DNA of 64,000 nucleotides, from contig PHBZ01000015.1 in assembly GCA_002840755.1 (NCBI GenBank), positions 1 through 64,000 of the forward strand, in the 5' to 3' direction. Shown here piece after piece: positions 9,327-18,593 of the stretch (its first letter is position 1; every line of letters starts with the position of its first letter). Origin of the DNA: Chloroflexi bacterium HGW-Chloroflexi-10 (lineage in GTDB: Bacteria > Chloroflexota > Anaerolineae > Anaerolineales > Anaerolineaceae). The notes under the pieces are model-generated. The model made no database searches. It worked only from the letters and a program-made list of their open reading frames with translations, and was not told the DNA's origin. The position numbers were made by a program, and so were the translations under genes.

Positions 9327-9977
9327 ATGATGATTAATAAAATTTTTAAAGGAACAACCCTTATGGTATGGAAGAAGAAAGCTGATTTGCATGACGAATA
9401 TGCCGTAGAATATGATAACCAGGTAAAAGTATTTGATTGTTATATGACAGATATTTTATTTGGGCTGTGTTATGAATATATACAACCGGGTCAGCATTTG
9501 CTGGATGCAGGAATTGGTAGCGGGCTTTCTTCAGCACTTTTTGCCAGGGCGGGGCTAGAGATCCATGGCATGGATTTCTCCCCGACCATGCTGGAAATCT
9601 GCCAGGCGAAAGGTTTCGCAACAGATTTAATTCAACATGATGTTGCACAGATTCCCTGGCCGTATCCATCAGACGGATTTGATCACCTGATCTGTTGCGG
9701 GGTTTTGCACTTTCTCTCTGATTTGGAAACCGTATTTGGCGAAATTTCGCGTGTGCTGCGGAAAGGTGGCGTATCTGCAATTACGACAAAAATAAAACCG
9801 GCGATAAATTCTCAACAAAAATATGAACGGGATATTATGGGTGAGTTTGAGATATGTACACATACATTGGAATATATTGAAGATCTATTGGACCAATATT
9901 CTTTCAAGCGCTTGAAACTGCAAAAATGTTTTGTTGGTGAAGATATTTTTGCGCTTTGGGTTTTTCAAAAGAATTGA
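9327..9977 (+). CDS. class I SAM-dependent methyltransferase
   Basis: Motif I LLDAGIGSGLSS. Begins 16 bp after CPBP paralog 1. Confidence 0.75.
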   Translation: MMINKIFKGTTLMVWKKKADLHDEYAVEYDNQVKVFDCYMTDILFGLCYEYIQPGQHLLDAGIGSGLSSALFARAGLEIHGMDFSPTMLEICQAKGFATDLIQHDVAQIPWPYPSDGFDHLICCGVLHFLSDLETVFGEISRVLRKGGVSAITTKIKPAINSQQKYERDIMGEFEICTHTLEYIEDLLDQYSFKRLKLQKCFVGEDIFALWVFQKN

Positions 9978-10071
9978 ATCCGATCGATATTTTACACCCA
10001 CATCACCAATATCAGAACTTTACTCTGGAGTTTGTCTCATGATAGTGGAAAATATATTTGCGGAGTCTGGT

Positions 10072-10476
10072 TCAGATAAACTGTATCCACTGACGGATGA
10101 TATTTGTGAATGCGGTTTGCCTCATTTCAACTTCATTCATATTGCGAAATTTTACAGAAGCCCGGTCTTTGGCAAGCCATACAAGAAGTGATTCAGGATC
10201 AGAAATTGTGATACCTGTGGTGGTTATGTCGCGCTGCTTCGCTCCAAAATGCAAGATGACCTGAATAAACTCATTGAAGCGAAGATGGAAGGTAGCGAAG
10301 AATTCTGTGGTCCGAAAACTGGGTACGTTCCATTTGATGTCTTCCGAAATCCGCGGGTCGGTTGTGAGGATGATCTCTCTGATAGCAATGATTTCTTGTT
10401 TAAGCGGATGGTCCAAGGCTGTAATATAACTCTCTATACTCCCTGAAGTGCTGGCATTGGAATTTTTTGAGGTCAT
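10072..10476 (-). CDS. DUF1801 (YdhG-like) domain protein
   Basis: The DIKWNVPSF motif is characteristic of DUF1801. Start MTSKN at 10476 was chosen because of the SD CAGGAG. Confidence 0.6.
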   Translation of the reverse strand: MTSKNSNASTSGSIESYITALDHPLKQEIIAIREIILTTDPRISEDIKWNVPSFRTTEFFATFHLRFNEFIQVILHFGAKQRDITTTGITISDPESLLVWLAKDRASVKFRNMNEVEMRQTAFTNIIRQWIQFI

Positions 10477-10777
10477 GGTTAACTCCTGAAGCATGCAATG
10501 CAATTTCCATTGATTTTAGGATCTCTTACGTTTCATTACAAAGAATTGTCTACACTGGAAGAAAAAGATTTCGGACTGAGAGGCACCTTTGTCAGATGAA
10601 ATACATGAACCTATCCAACCGACTAACCCCAAACTCTCTTATCAGATGGGGAATTTCACTTTCCATATCAGTAAAATTAAATCAGGCAAAATCCTCCAGA
10701 ATTTATTGGATGAACCCATTTCGAAAAAAAATGGTTGTGACTGTGAAAAATAAAAAAATTATTAAAAAGGATTCATA

Positions 10778-12049
10778 ATGACTTCGAAGGTTATATTTAC
10801 CGCAGGTAAAAATATTATCAAATTTAGTGGTTTATTGCTGGCATTAATCCTTATCCTGTTAGCATGTTTGCCAGTTATTTTATTACCATTGTCCACCTCG
10901 GTGCCTGCGCCGGTTTGGGTGATACTCGCGGCTGCCGATTTGGCGCTAATCAGCTTGCCTTTCTGCAAGAAACCCGCGAGGAGAGGAATTTTGCTTTCAT
11001 TGTCTGGCGTGCTTTGCACTGCTGTACTTGCTGTGGTTGTATCACAAATTTTCGCTACGACACCACTAATCACGGACTCACAAGGCTATCCGTTATCGGG
11101 TAGTATTGCGACGCTTGAGAAAGTAAATATCAATGGCAGTCACCAATGGATTTCGATTCGCGGAAAAGATATGAAGAAACCTGTACTTTTATTTTTGGCG
11201 GGTGGCCCTGGCGGAAGTCAATTGGCTACTGCCCGCTTTGCTCTTGCCGGTCTTGAGAATCACTTTGTTGTTGTTAACTGGGAACAACCCGGTTCCGGAA
11301 AATCTTTTGACGCGGTTAAGCGGGCCACTCTCACTCCGGATCGGTATATTGAGGATGCTCGCGCCCTGACAGTATTGCTGCAAGAACGCTTTCACCAGGA
11401 AAAGATTTATATATTGGGTGAATCATGGGGCAGCGCTCTCGGTATTATGCTTGTTCAGCGGTATCCAGACTTATACCATGCATTTATTGGCACCGGCCAG
11501 ATGGTGGCTTTCCTGGAAAATGATGTGATGTTCTATGATTTTGCTCTCCAATTGGCGGAGGAAAAAGGCGATACCCAAAAAATGGAATCTCTTACACGCC
11601 AGGGTCCGCCACCGTATTATGGCAAGGATGTGGCCTGGAAGGAAGCTGCTTTTCTAATGGACGGTTTTGCCTACATGAACGCCAATACTGCAATTGCAGA
11701 TAATGGGGCTAACACTTTTCGTGACTTGGCCGCAATTGAGTATGGACTGTATGATAAAGTCAGTTGGTTCCGTGGGGTTATTGAAACTTTGGGCGTGGTT
11801 TATCCACAGTTATGGGAGGTGGATTTTCGCAAACAAGCCACAAAGCTAAACGTCCCGGTTTATTTTTTGATCGGTCGACATGATATTAACGCCCCAACAA
11901 TTCTAACAGAGCAATATTTTTCCGTACTTGAAGCGCCACACAAACAAATCATCTGGTTTGAGCATTCCGGGCATACACCTTGGGTTTCAGAATCAGATAG
12001 CTTTGTACAGGTGATGGTTGAGACTGTGTTGGCACAAACTCAGCCTTAA
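10778..12049 (+). CDS. alpha/beta hydrolase (proline-iminopeptidase-like), N-terminal membrane anchor, paralog 1
   Basis: GESWGS nucleophile elbow and the LFLAGGPGG oxyanion region. Two N-terminal TM helices. Paralogous to 37488..38633. Confidence 0.75.
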   Translation: MTSKVIFTAGKNIIKFSGLLLALILILLACLPVILLPLSTSVPAPVWVILAAADLALISLPFCKKPARRGILLSLSGVLCTAVLAVVVSQIFATTPLITDSQGYPLSGSIATLEKVNINGSHQWISIRGKDMKKPVLLFLAGGPGGSQLATARFALAGLENHFVVVNWEQPGSGKSFDAVKRATLTPDRYIEDARALTVLLQERFHQEKIYILGESWGSALGIMLVQRYPDLYHAFIGTGQMVAFLENDVMFYDFALQLAEEKGDTQKMESLTRQGPPPYYGKDVAWKEAAFLMDGFAYMNANTAIADNGANTFRDLAAIEYGLYDKVSWFRGVIETLGVVYPQLWEVDFRKQATKLNVPVYFLIGRHDINAPTILTEQYFSVLEAPHKQIIWFEHSGHTPWVSESDSFVQVMVETVLAQTQP

Positions 12050-12051
12050 TA

Positions 12052-12792
12052 TCAAATGGGAGAGCCTTGCTGTACGGCATTCAGGCGGTTGAGCCAATCT
12101 TCATCTGTCAAACTCAAACGCAGCGGAGTGAGCGAGACCAAATCATTGTCGATGGCCCAACGGTCGCTGTTTTCATCCGGATTTGTCAACGGAGTGGCAG
12201 AGAACCAGAAATGTTTGCGTCCGTTGGGATCCTGACCTTCCACAACTTTGCCGTTGTAGTGCCGCACAGATTGATGAGTCCAACGCAGGCCGATAGGTTC
12301 CTTGGGGAGGTTTACATTCACCAATCTAGGCTGATTTCCGGTTGTAAGTAACCGAATCACCTCTTTAATATACGGTTTTTGCTTTTCGTAATTTGGTTCT
12401 TCGCCGTTGATGACCTGGCTGAACGCAATGGCCCGAACACCCAAAATCACCCCTTGCTTTGCAGCAGCTACAGTACCGGAATGCCAGACATCGCTTCCAA
12501 GGTTGCTGCCAAGGTTGATCCCAGAGAGTACCAGATCAGCGCCACCCAGATGGTATAACCCCATGGCTACACAATCTGCGGGTGTACCGTTTACACGATA
12601 TGCCTCAAAGCCTTTCATCATTTTCACCCGGTGGTATTTCAGAGGGCGTTGAATGGTGATGGCGTGACCCACAGCCGATTGTTCATAATCCGGTGCAAAA
12701 ATCACCACATCACCAAATTGGGATGCAACTTCTGCCAGAGCAGTTAATCCCGGGCTGAAGATACCATCATCGTTACTGACTAAAATTCGCAT
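12052..12792 (-). CDS. surE: 5'/3'-nucleotidase SurE
   Basis: MRILVSNDDGIFSPGL...FAPDYEQSAVGHAIT is the canonical SurE N-terminus. Confidence 0.85.
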   Translation of the reverse strand: MRILVSNDDGIFSPGLTALAEVASQFGDVVIFAPDYEQSAVGHAITIQRPLKYHRVKMMKGFEAYRVNGTPADCVAMGLYHLGGADLVLSGINLGSNLGSDVWHSGTVAAAKQGVILGVRAIAFSQVINGEEPNYEKQKPYIKEVIRLLTTGNQPRLVNVNLPKEPIGLRWTHQSVRHYNGKVVEGQDPNGRKHFWFSATPLTNPDENSDRWAIDNDLVSLTPLRLSLTDEDWLNRLNAVQQGSPI

Positions 12793-12808
12793 ATTACTCC
12801 TAAGTGAA

Positions 12809-13108
12809 TCATAAAAATTCTTTTTCTACCAAATAATTGTTTCGCTTAATAAAAAAATCTATGGAAGGTGTGGCTGGGGTGATAATCTGGTGGATTTGAT
12901 GAAAGATCTGGTTAGTCAAGGAAAATTGATAGTTCCAGGAATTAGCCCGCACACTTTGGGATATTTTTACCGGCTCATCAATCTGCCAACCCTGGTCAAT
13001 GGCAGCCAGAAGTGACCAATAAGAATCATTCATTCCCTGACCGGGATGAATTGGCCGTTGGACAAAATTCCATTTGTTGTCGAAGGTACTCATTTCTTCA
13101 AGTAGCAT
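12809..13108 (-). CDS. hypothetical protein (99 aa)
   Basis: Strong SD AGGAGGAA 5 nt before the ATG. Lies 16 bp upstream of surE on the same strand. Confidence 0.5.
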   Translation of the reverse strand: MLLEEMSTFDNKWNFVQRPIHPGQGMNDSYWSLLAAIDQGWQIDEPVKISQSVRANSWNYQFSLTNQIFHQIHQIITPATPSIDFFIKRNNYLVEKEFL

Positions 13109-13374
13109 AGGTTCCTCCTGTACTTATATCATACAGGTGGAGAATTAACGTTCCGATAAGGTCGGTTTAACGGGTTGTAAAGGTTTAAAAAATTTCTTAA
13201 TACCATTTATACAAAATCATAACAACAAAGAACAATTTAAGAAAATTTTTGTGGCAGGAAACAAAAAATCCGGGTACTCCTCAAAAAATCAGTTTCCCCG
13301 GAACCATGACGATGTGGTGATATTTTCTTAGCAGAAATAATATGCAAAATTCATACGCATTTTTTTGTTTCCGC

Positions 13375-14580
13375 TTAAACTTTTTCTTTTCCAGGAATGG
13401 CATCTCTTACTTTGTCAGCGATCACCTGCAGAACCGGCAAAATGGAAGACAGCATCTGGTTTTCGCTGCCAATGATCGAGAGATTAGTATCCTGGAAGAT
13501 ATTTGATAATGAATTCGCAATTTCAGGCACCTGTTCAACCGGCAGAATTTCCTTGCGCAGTTCCTGCCGAGCTTTCTCCAATGCGATGATGTGTTCAACT
13601 TCCAGATCGTTTACCTGGTTATCCAGCTGGCGCATCTCCAAATCCTGTTTCAGAATGGCGTACTGGTTCTTAATCTGAAGTAAGCGTACGGGAGTTTCGG
13701 TTTCCACTTTTTCTTTGGCGGTTTCCTGTTCCAGGCGGAATTTCTCTAAAGCCAGCAGAATGGTTTCTTTTTCAACTTCCAAGTTTTCTTTCTGTTGGCG
13801 ACGAAAGGCATGAAGATTGGCCTGATCGATTTCTTCTTTTTGACGGATGGCATCTTTTTCGGTGATCAGTTTCTTCTCGCGGATTTGCCTGTCGGAGGCA
13901 ATCCTGGCAAGCTCTAAATCCTCTTTTTGTTGGATGACTTCTTTCTCAATCACCATCTTTTGTTCCCGGATTTGCCGATCTGAAGCGATTTGGGATAATT
14001 CGATTTTCTCGTGCGTTTGAATATCCGATTGTTCACTTTTGGAACGGATTTCATTTCGCACTTCTGCTTCAAGTTGTTTGCGCAATTCGTTGTCAACAAT
14101 AAACACCTGGGCAACCTGAACCAGTTCCAATTCGATTCCCCACTTGGATCCTGTTGAACTCTCCTGCAGAGCGACAACTTCCCGGAGAGATCGGTCGATT
14201 GAGGCCGTTAAGACCGTTTTTCGCTGCTCGATGCATTCCTGCATGGTCATCCCTGCAACGACTGCACGCAATTCTCCGAGGCAGATGTTGTTGATTAATG
14301 CATTAATTTCATTAATCCCTTTTCCAGCGGAAAAGTTGAAACTCATCGAAGCTGTGACCGGATCTATGATCCGATAGATGACTATTCCTTTAAATCGTAA
14401 AGGTATACCATCTCTCGTCTCCTGAGTCATTTCAAAAAAAGCCTCCTGCTTGGTGCTGGGAATCAATACGTAGGTTGACCCCGGCCACAAGAATACCCGA
14501 ATACCGGTTCCCCGGTTGGCAACTTTTCCTTTTTCTCCAACGACCAGATATTGATTGGGACTAGCGGTTGCAAATGCCAT
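13375..14580 (-). CDS. SPFH/Band-7 domain protein, flotillin-like with coiled-coil C-terminus
   Basis: 401 aa with an N-terminal SPFH region and an E/K/Q-rich coiled coil. An internal direct repeat IASDRQIRE[QK]K occurs twice. SD AAGGAGG. Confidence 0.8.
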   Translation of the reverse strand: MAFATASPNQYLVVGEKGKVANRGTGIRVFLWPGSTYVLIPSTKQEAFFEMTQETRDGIPLRFKGIVIYRIIDPVTASMSFNFSAGKGINEINALINNICLGELRAVVAGMTMQECIEQRKTVLTASIDRSLREVVALQESSTGSKWGIELELVQVAQVFIVDNELRKQLEAEVRNEIRSKSEQSDIQTHEKIELSQIASDRQIREQKMVIEKEVIQQKEDLELARIASDRQIREKKLITEKDAIRQKEEIDQANLHAFRRQQKENLEVEKETILLALEKFRLEQETAKEKVETETPVRLLQIKNQYAILKQDLEMRQLDNQVNDLEVEHIIALEKARQELRKEILPVEQVPEIANSLSNIFQDTNLSIIGSENQMLSSILPVLQVIADKVRDAIPGKEKV

Positions 14581-14748
14581 AAAAATCCTCCTTGATTGAT
14601 GGCTTATAAAAATGTGGGATGGAAATTCCCTCCATGTCTTATTATATGATTTTTTTAATACGCGACAGGTGTTTTCGAACTCCTTACAATTCTGTAAACA
14701 AACCTGATACTAATTTAATTGGTTATTCGGTTGTACTTAACTTTTGTA

Positions 14749-15087
14749 TCAGGATAAAGGGTTGTTTAAAAGGATATGATTGAGATACACTTCTGTCTGT
14801 TCTGTTGTCAACCGGGTCAGAAATTCTTCGTCCTCGCTCCCATTGACCAAATATTCATAATCCGTTCGATACAGAAAACAGGATGCACATTGGGGGCATT
14901 GGTGAAGCTGAAATTTACGGTTGCTTAGGGGATGGAAATCATGAACTTTAGTGAGTAGATTGGTTGCAATTGGTAAAGAGGTATTGTTTTCTTCCCGACC
15001 AAATTTTTGAAAAGCGTATTCTTCGTCCTTCAACTGGGAGCAGATAGGGCAGGGTTTACCTGGCATGTGAGTATCCGGTTCAGCCAT
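14749..15087 (-). CDS. zinc-ribbon (CPxC...CPxC) hypothetical protein
   Basis: Two CxxC pairs (CPICSQ, CPQCAS). Start MAEPDT at 15087 overlaps the upstream DUF1801 gene by 8 nt. Confidence 0.45.
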   Translation of the reverse strand: MAEPDTHMPGKPCPICSQLKDEEYAFQKFGREENNTSLPIATNLLTKVHDFHPLSNRKFQLHQCPQCASCFLYRTDYEYLVNGSEDEEFLTRLTTEQTEVYLNHILLNNPLS

Positions 15088-15469
15088 CTTTCTTCTTTTT
15101 GCCTTTAGCAGATGCTTTTTCAAGATTTTGTTCGACCCGGAAGATCGTAATTTTTCGGATCAGATCATAGGGAATGGGCTGGTTTAGCGAGAATTTGACC
15201 GTACCTTTGGAGCCTTCATATTTGGAGAGTTCTTCTTTAAATTTTTCAAGTCCCTGGGGTGCAGGGTAAAACCCTATGTGGTTTTTATATGCAGAAAAAT
15301 GCACCAGGTTGCCGTTTAACACAAACGTGGGTATGCCGTATTTGATTGCCTCTTCTGCATCCGGTGCAACTTCACGGATGGTCTGGCGTACTTTTTGCAA
15401 AATCAACTGGATATCATCAGGGTATTGAGCAATAAATTCATCAATGGTAGTGACAGGTGTTTTGTCCAT
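15080..15469 (-). CDS. DUF1801 (YdhG-like) domain protein, second copy
   Basis: 129 aa; GIPTFVLNGNLVHFSAYKNHIGFYP is typical of DUF1801. Confidence 0.6.
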   Translation of the reverse strand: MDKTPVTTIDEFIAQYPDDIQLILQKVRQTIREVAPDAEEAIKYGIPTFVLNGNLVHFSAYKNHIGFYPAPQGLEKFKEELSKYEGSKGTVKFSLNQPIPYDLIRKITIFRVEQNLEKASAKGKKKKDG

Positions 15470-15635
15470 TATCCTATATCTCCTATTTCATAGCCCGGTG
15501 AAAAAAAGTGAATTGATTGTTCAGAAGTTGCTTAAGCTTTGTCTGGAAAAATATCGTCCGACAACGGTAATTGTTATTATAGTATTTCCTGGTACCTGCC
15601 GGTAAGGTTGTATAACCCACCAGAATACATAATTC

Positions 15636-16883
15636 TTATAATTTTTGGATGAGCTCAACAGCGCATTGAACACCGTTTTCAGCTGATAATTTTTGACCAA
15701 GTTCAGCAGCGCACCGTTGTATTGTTGTATCTGTTACGGCTGTATGGATAGATGCAGCCAGGCGTTCAGCTGTCAGGCTGCGATAGGGAATAGGTTGTGG
15801 GCCAATACCCATTTCGGTGGCACGTTTGCCCCAGTAAAACTGGTCAAATCCGAAAGGCACCACAATAGAGGGAATACCGCTGCGGAAACCAAAGCCACTG
15901 GTTCCAGACCCGCCATGATGAACAACTGCTGCCATACGGGGAAATAACCATGCATAGGGCGCATATTGGATTGGAAAGATTTCTGGGGGAAGATTACCAC
16001 CCAATCCAGCCCATCCCGCGTGTAAGATGGCTCGCCGGCCGCTTAACCGCACAGCCTCAACAATCATGGTGGTCGTTTGGGTTGGGTCTCTGACTGGCAT
16101 ACTGCCAAACCCGATAAAAACCGGTGCCGGTCCGGTATCTATGAAGTGTTGCAGATTGGCGGATGGCTGCCAGTGTGGATCTTCCGGATACCACCAGCCA
16201 GTGGTGTGGATATGGCTGCCCCAATCGGGTGGTCTGGAAATGACATGTTTACTGAATCCGCAGAGAAAGGGTGTGCGTTGTTGGTGGATTGCCTCATACG
16301 GTCCCCGCAAAGGCAAAGCTGGTAAGTGCCATATTTTGGTACGCAGACGGTTGACCGCATGGCGGAAGATCTGCCACCCCATTTGTTCTCCCAGACGGTA
16401 GGTCAGCATGTTATAGCCTGGAATGCTTGAAAATAATTTTGGGAAACCGATTAAAGGTTGAAACTTGCTGCGCACAAGAGGTATCACTGTCAAAATCGCC
16501 CATGGGATACTCAGATAATCGGCGAGGTCCCCGCCAAAAAGATGGGCTGGCAATTGATTGAGCAGTAAATCCGTATCGTACAAAGCTGAGAGATCCTGTG
16601 GCAGGCTGTTTGTCAGTGTTCCGTAAGATTGCCGCAGTGCACGCATGGTTTGGAAGGGATTGGTGCGTTTGGTGAACAGATTATTATCCACTGCAGTTTC
16701 CAGTAATCCCTGGGCATCTCCATGAATGGGTGCAAAATCTAACCCCGCTTCCCTGATCATACCGGCGAAAGCCACAAAAGTTGCGACGCGTACGCAGTGA
16801 CCGGCTACTAGCAGGGCCTTGCCCAGGGGAACAAAGGGTTGAACATCACCGCGTGAACCGAGGGCAAGGATGGTAATTCTCAT
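15636..16883 (-). CDS. family 1 glycosyltransferase (UDP-glycosyltransferase, MGT/YjiC-like)
   Basis: MRITILALGSRGDVQPFVPLG N-terminus and a C-terminal PSPG-like region HHGGSGT. Its start codon shares one nucleotide with the stop of the upstream gene (TAATG). Confidence 0.8.
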   Translation of the reverse strand: MRITILALGSRGDVQPFVPLGKALLVAGHCVRVATFVAFAGMIREAGLDFAPIHGDAQGLLETAVDNNLFTKRTNPFQTMRALRQSYGTLTNSLPQDLSALYDTDLLLNQLPAHLFGGDLADYLSIPWAILTVIPLVRSKFQPLIGFPKLFSSIPGYNMLTYRLGEQMGWQIFRHAVNRLRTKIWHLPALPLRGPYEAIHQQRTPFLCGFSKHVISRPPDWGSHIHTTGWWYPEDPHWQPSANLQHFIDTGPAPVFIGFGSMPVRDPTQTTTMIVEAVRLSGRRAILHAGWAGLGGNLPPEIFPIQYAPYAWLFPRMAAVVHHGGSGTSGFGFRSGIPSIVVPFGFDQFYWGKRATEMGIGPQPIPYRSLTAERLAASIHTAVTDTTIQRCAAELGQKLSAENGVQCAVELIQKL

Positions 16884-18442
16884 TATCTTTTCGTCTCGAT
16901 ATTTACCATAATATATTCTGCCAGGGCGGTAATGGTCAGTGCCGGGTTGGCGTTTAAATTGGCCGGGACAACCGAGCCATCGGCAATATACAGACCCGGG
17001 TAACCGAAAACCTGTCCTTTTTTATCGACCACACCCTGTGCAGGACTTTCTCCCATAACACAACCGCCCAGAATATGTGCGGTACTGGGTGCATCCATCA
17101 GCACCTCAAACCAGCTACCTTTCGGATACCCATTCATTTTCTCTGCCATTTTTCGGGTAACCTGATTGGCAATTGGAATATAGGAGGGGATACGTTTCCC
17201 GTCTGTGGGTAGTTCGGATGCCAGGCCAAAGCGGGTTTTACGCAATCTCAGGTAGTTTTCGGAGGATTGCATGACCAGAATAACGGATGTCCGTACACTT
17301 TGCCCGGGAATCCATAATGCACGGAGGAACTGATAAGGATGTCTCAGGATATTCCCTAGAAACCGCAGGATGCGCGGAATATTCCCGCCGCCTTCAGTGA
17401 GAATCGTTGCGATGGTATACATCAGGTCGGAACCTTTGTTGTAGCGTACCACTTCAATGTGGGTGTTGGAATCCGGGTAAATACCGGAAGTTATGGCAAT
17501 ATGATCATTCCAATCCCGGGTACGGTCACGTGAATCCACACCGAGAATAGCTTCCGAATTGGTGCGCGTGAAATCTCCCAGACGGTCGGAAAGATTGGGC
17601 AGCATGCCGTTCTGTTTGCATTGCAACAACAAATCAACGGTACCCATCACACCACCACTGAAAACCACACTACCAGCCCGAAACATTTTCTTCTGCCGCA
17701 GAATTCCATGTGAAGTAATTGTCAGAACCTCGTATCCACCCTCTGGCAGCGGGCGCACACCGATAGCTTCTGTTTCCGGAATGATGACAGCCCCTGATTT
17801 TTCTGCCAGGTAGAGATAATTCAAGTCCAGGGTGTTCTTTGCACCAATCGGGCAGCCGATCATACAAGCGCCGCATTTTTTGCAGCCGGTTCTATCCGGG
17901 CCTTCCCCGTTAAAATATGGGTCGGGTACCGTCTTTTCAGGTTCCCCAAAGAAAACGCCAACCGGATTGATATGGAAGGTGTCTTCACCGCGTAATTCAA
18001 TGCCCACTTCCTTTAATATCAAGTCAGCATTTCCAACACTGGGGCTTTCTACAGCGCCCAGCATTCGCCTTGCTTCGACGAAATGCGGAGCCAGTTTCTC
18101 TTTCCAGTTTCCGGGACCCCACTCCGGTTTTTCAAAAATCGAATCATCCGGAACGATCAACTGGTTGGCATAGACCAGGCTGCCGCCTCCAACCCCCACG
18201 CCGTGAAGTACAAGTACGTGACGCAGCAAGGTGAGTGCCTGGATGCCCAAAAGACCGAGGCGTGGCATCCACACTGATTTACGCAGATTCCAATTGGTCG
18301 CAGGAAAATCTGCCGCACGGTAGCGTCGGCCTTTTTCCAACACGGCTACCCGGTATCCTTTTTGGGTCAGGCGCAGAGCGGAAACAGCTCCGCCGAAACC
18401 GGAACCAATTACTATAAAATCGTAACTCTGTTCTTCTGTCAT
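16883..18442 (-). CDS. GMC-family FAD-dependent oxidoreductase (cholesterol-oxidase-like)
   Basis: FAD-binding Rossmann motif FIVIGSGFGGAVSA...VLEKG. Start chosen at MTEEQSYD because of the SD GGAAGGAA. Confidence 0.8.
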   Translation of the reverse strand: MTEEQSYDFIVIGSGFGGAVSALRLTQKGYRVAVLEKGRRYRAADFPATNWNLRKSVWMPRLGLLGIQALTLLRHVLVLHGVGVGGGSLVYANQLIVPDDSIFEKPEWGPGNWKEKLAPHFVEARRMLGAVESPSVGNADLILKEVGIELRGEDTFHINPVGVFFGEPEKTVPDPYFNGEGPDRTGCKKCGACMIGCPIGAKNTLDLNYLYLAEKSGAVIIPETEAIGVRPLPEGGYEVLTITSHGILRQKKMFRAGSVVFSGGVMGTVDLLLQCKQNGMLPNLSDRLGDFTRTNSEAILGVDSRDRTRDWNDHIAITSGIYPDSNTHIEVVRYNKGSDLMYTIATILTEGGGNIPRILRFLGNILRHPYQFLRALWIPGQSVRTSVILVMQSSENYLRLRKTRFGLASELPTDGKRIPSYIPIANQVTRKMAEKMNGYPKGSWFEVLMDAPSTAHILGGCVMGESPAQGVVDKKGQVFGYPGLYIADGSVVPANLNANPALTITALAEYIMVNIETKR

Positions 18443-18593
18443 GTTGTTCCTTCCCGTTACCGGATGAACATTGAAATCGTATGCAGGTAGCAACACAATA
18501 CAGGTTGAATGGTTGCGGAGATAACTAACCTAATCCTTGATTAGTTTGAATATATAAATGCACGGTATATAACCAGTAAACCGGTGAACATAC

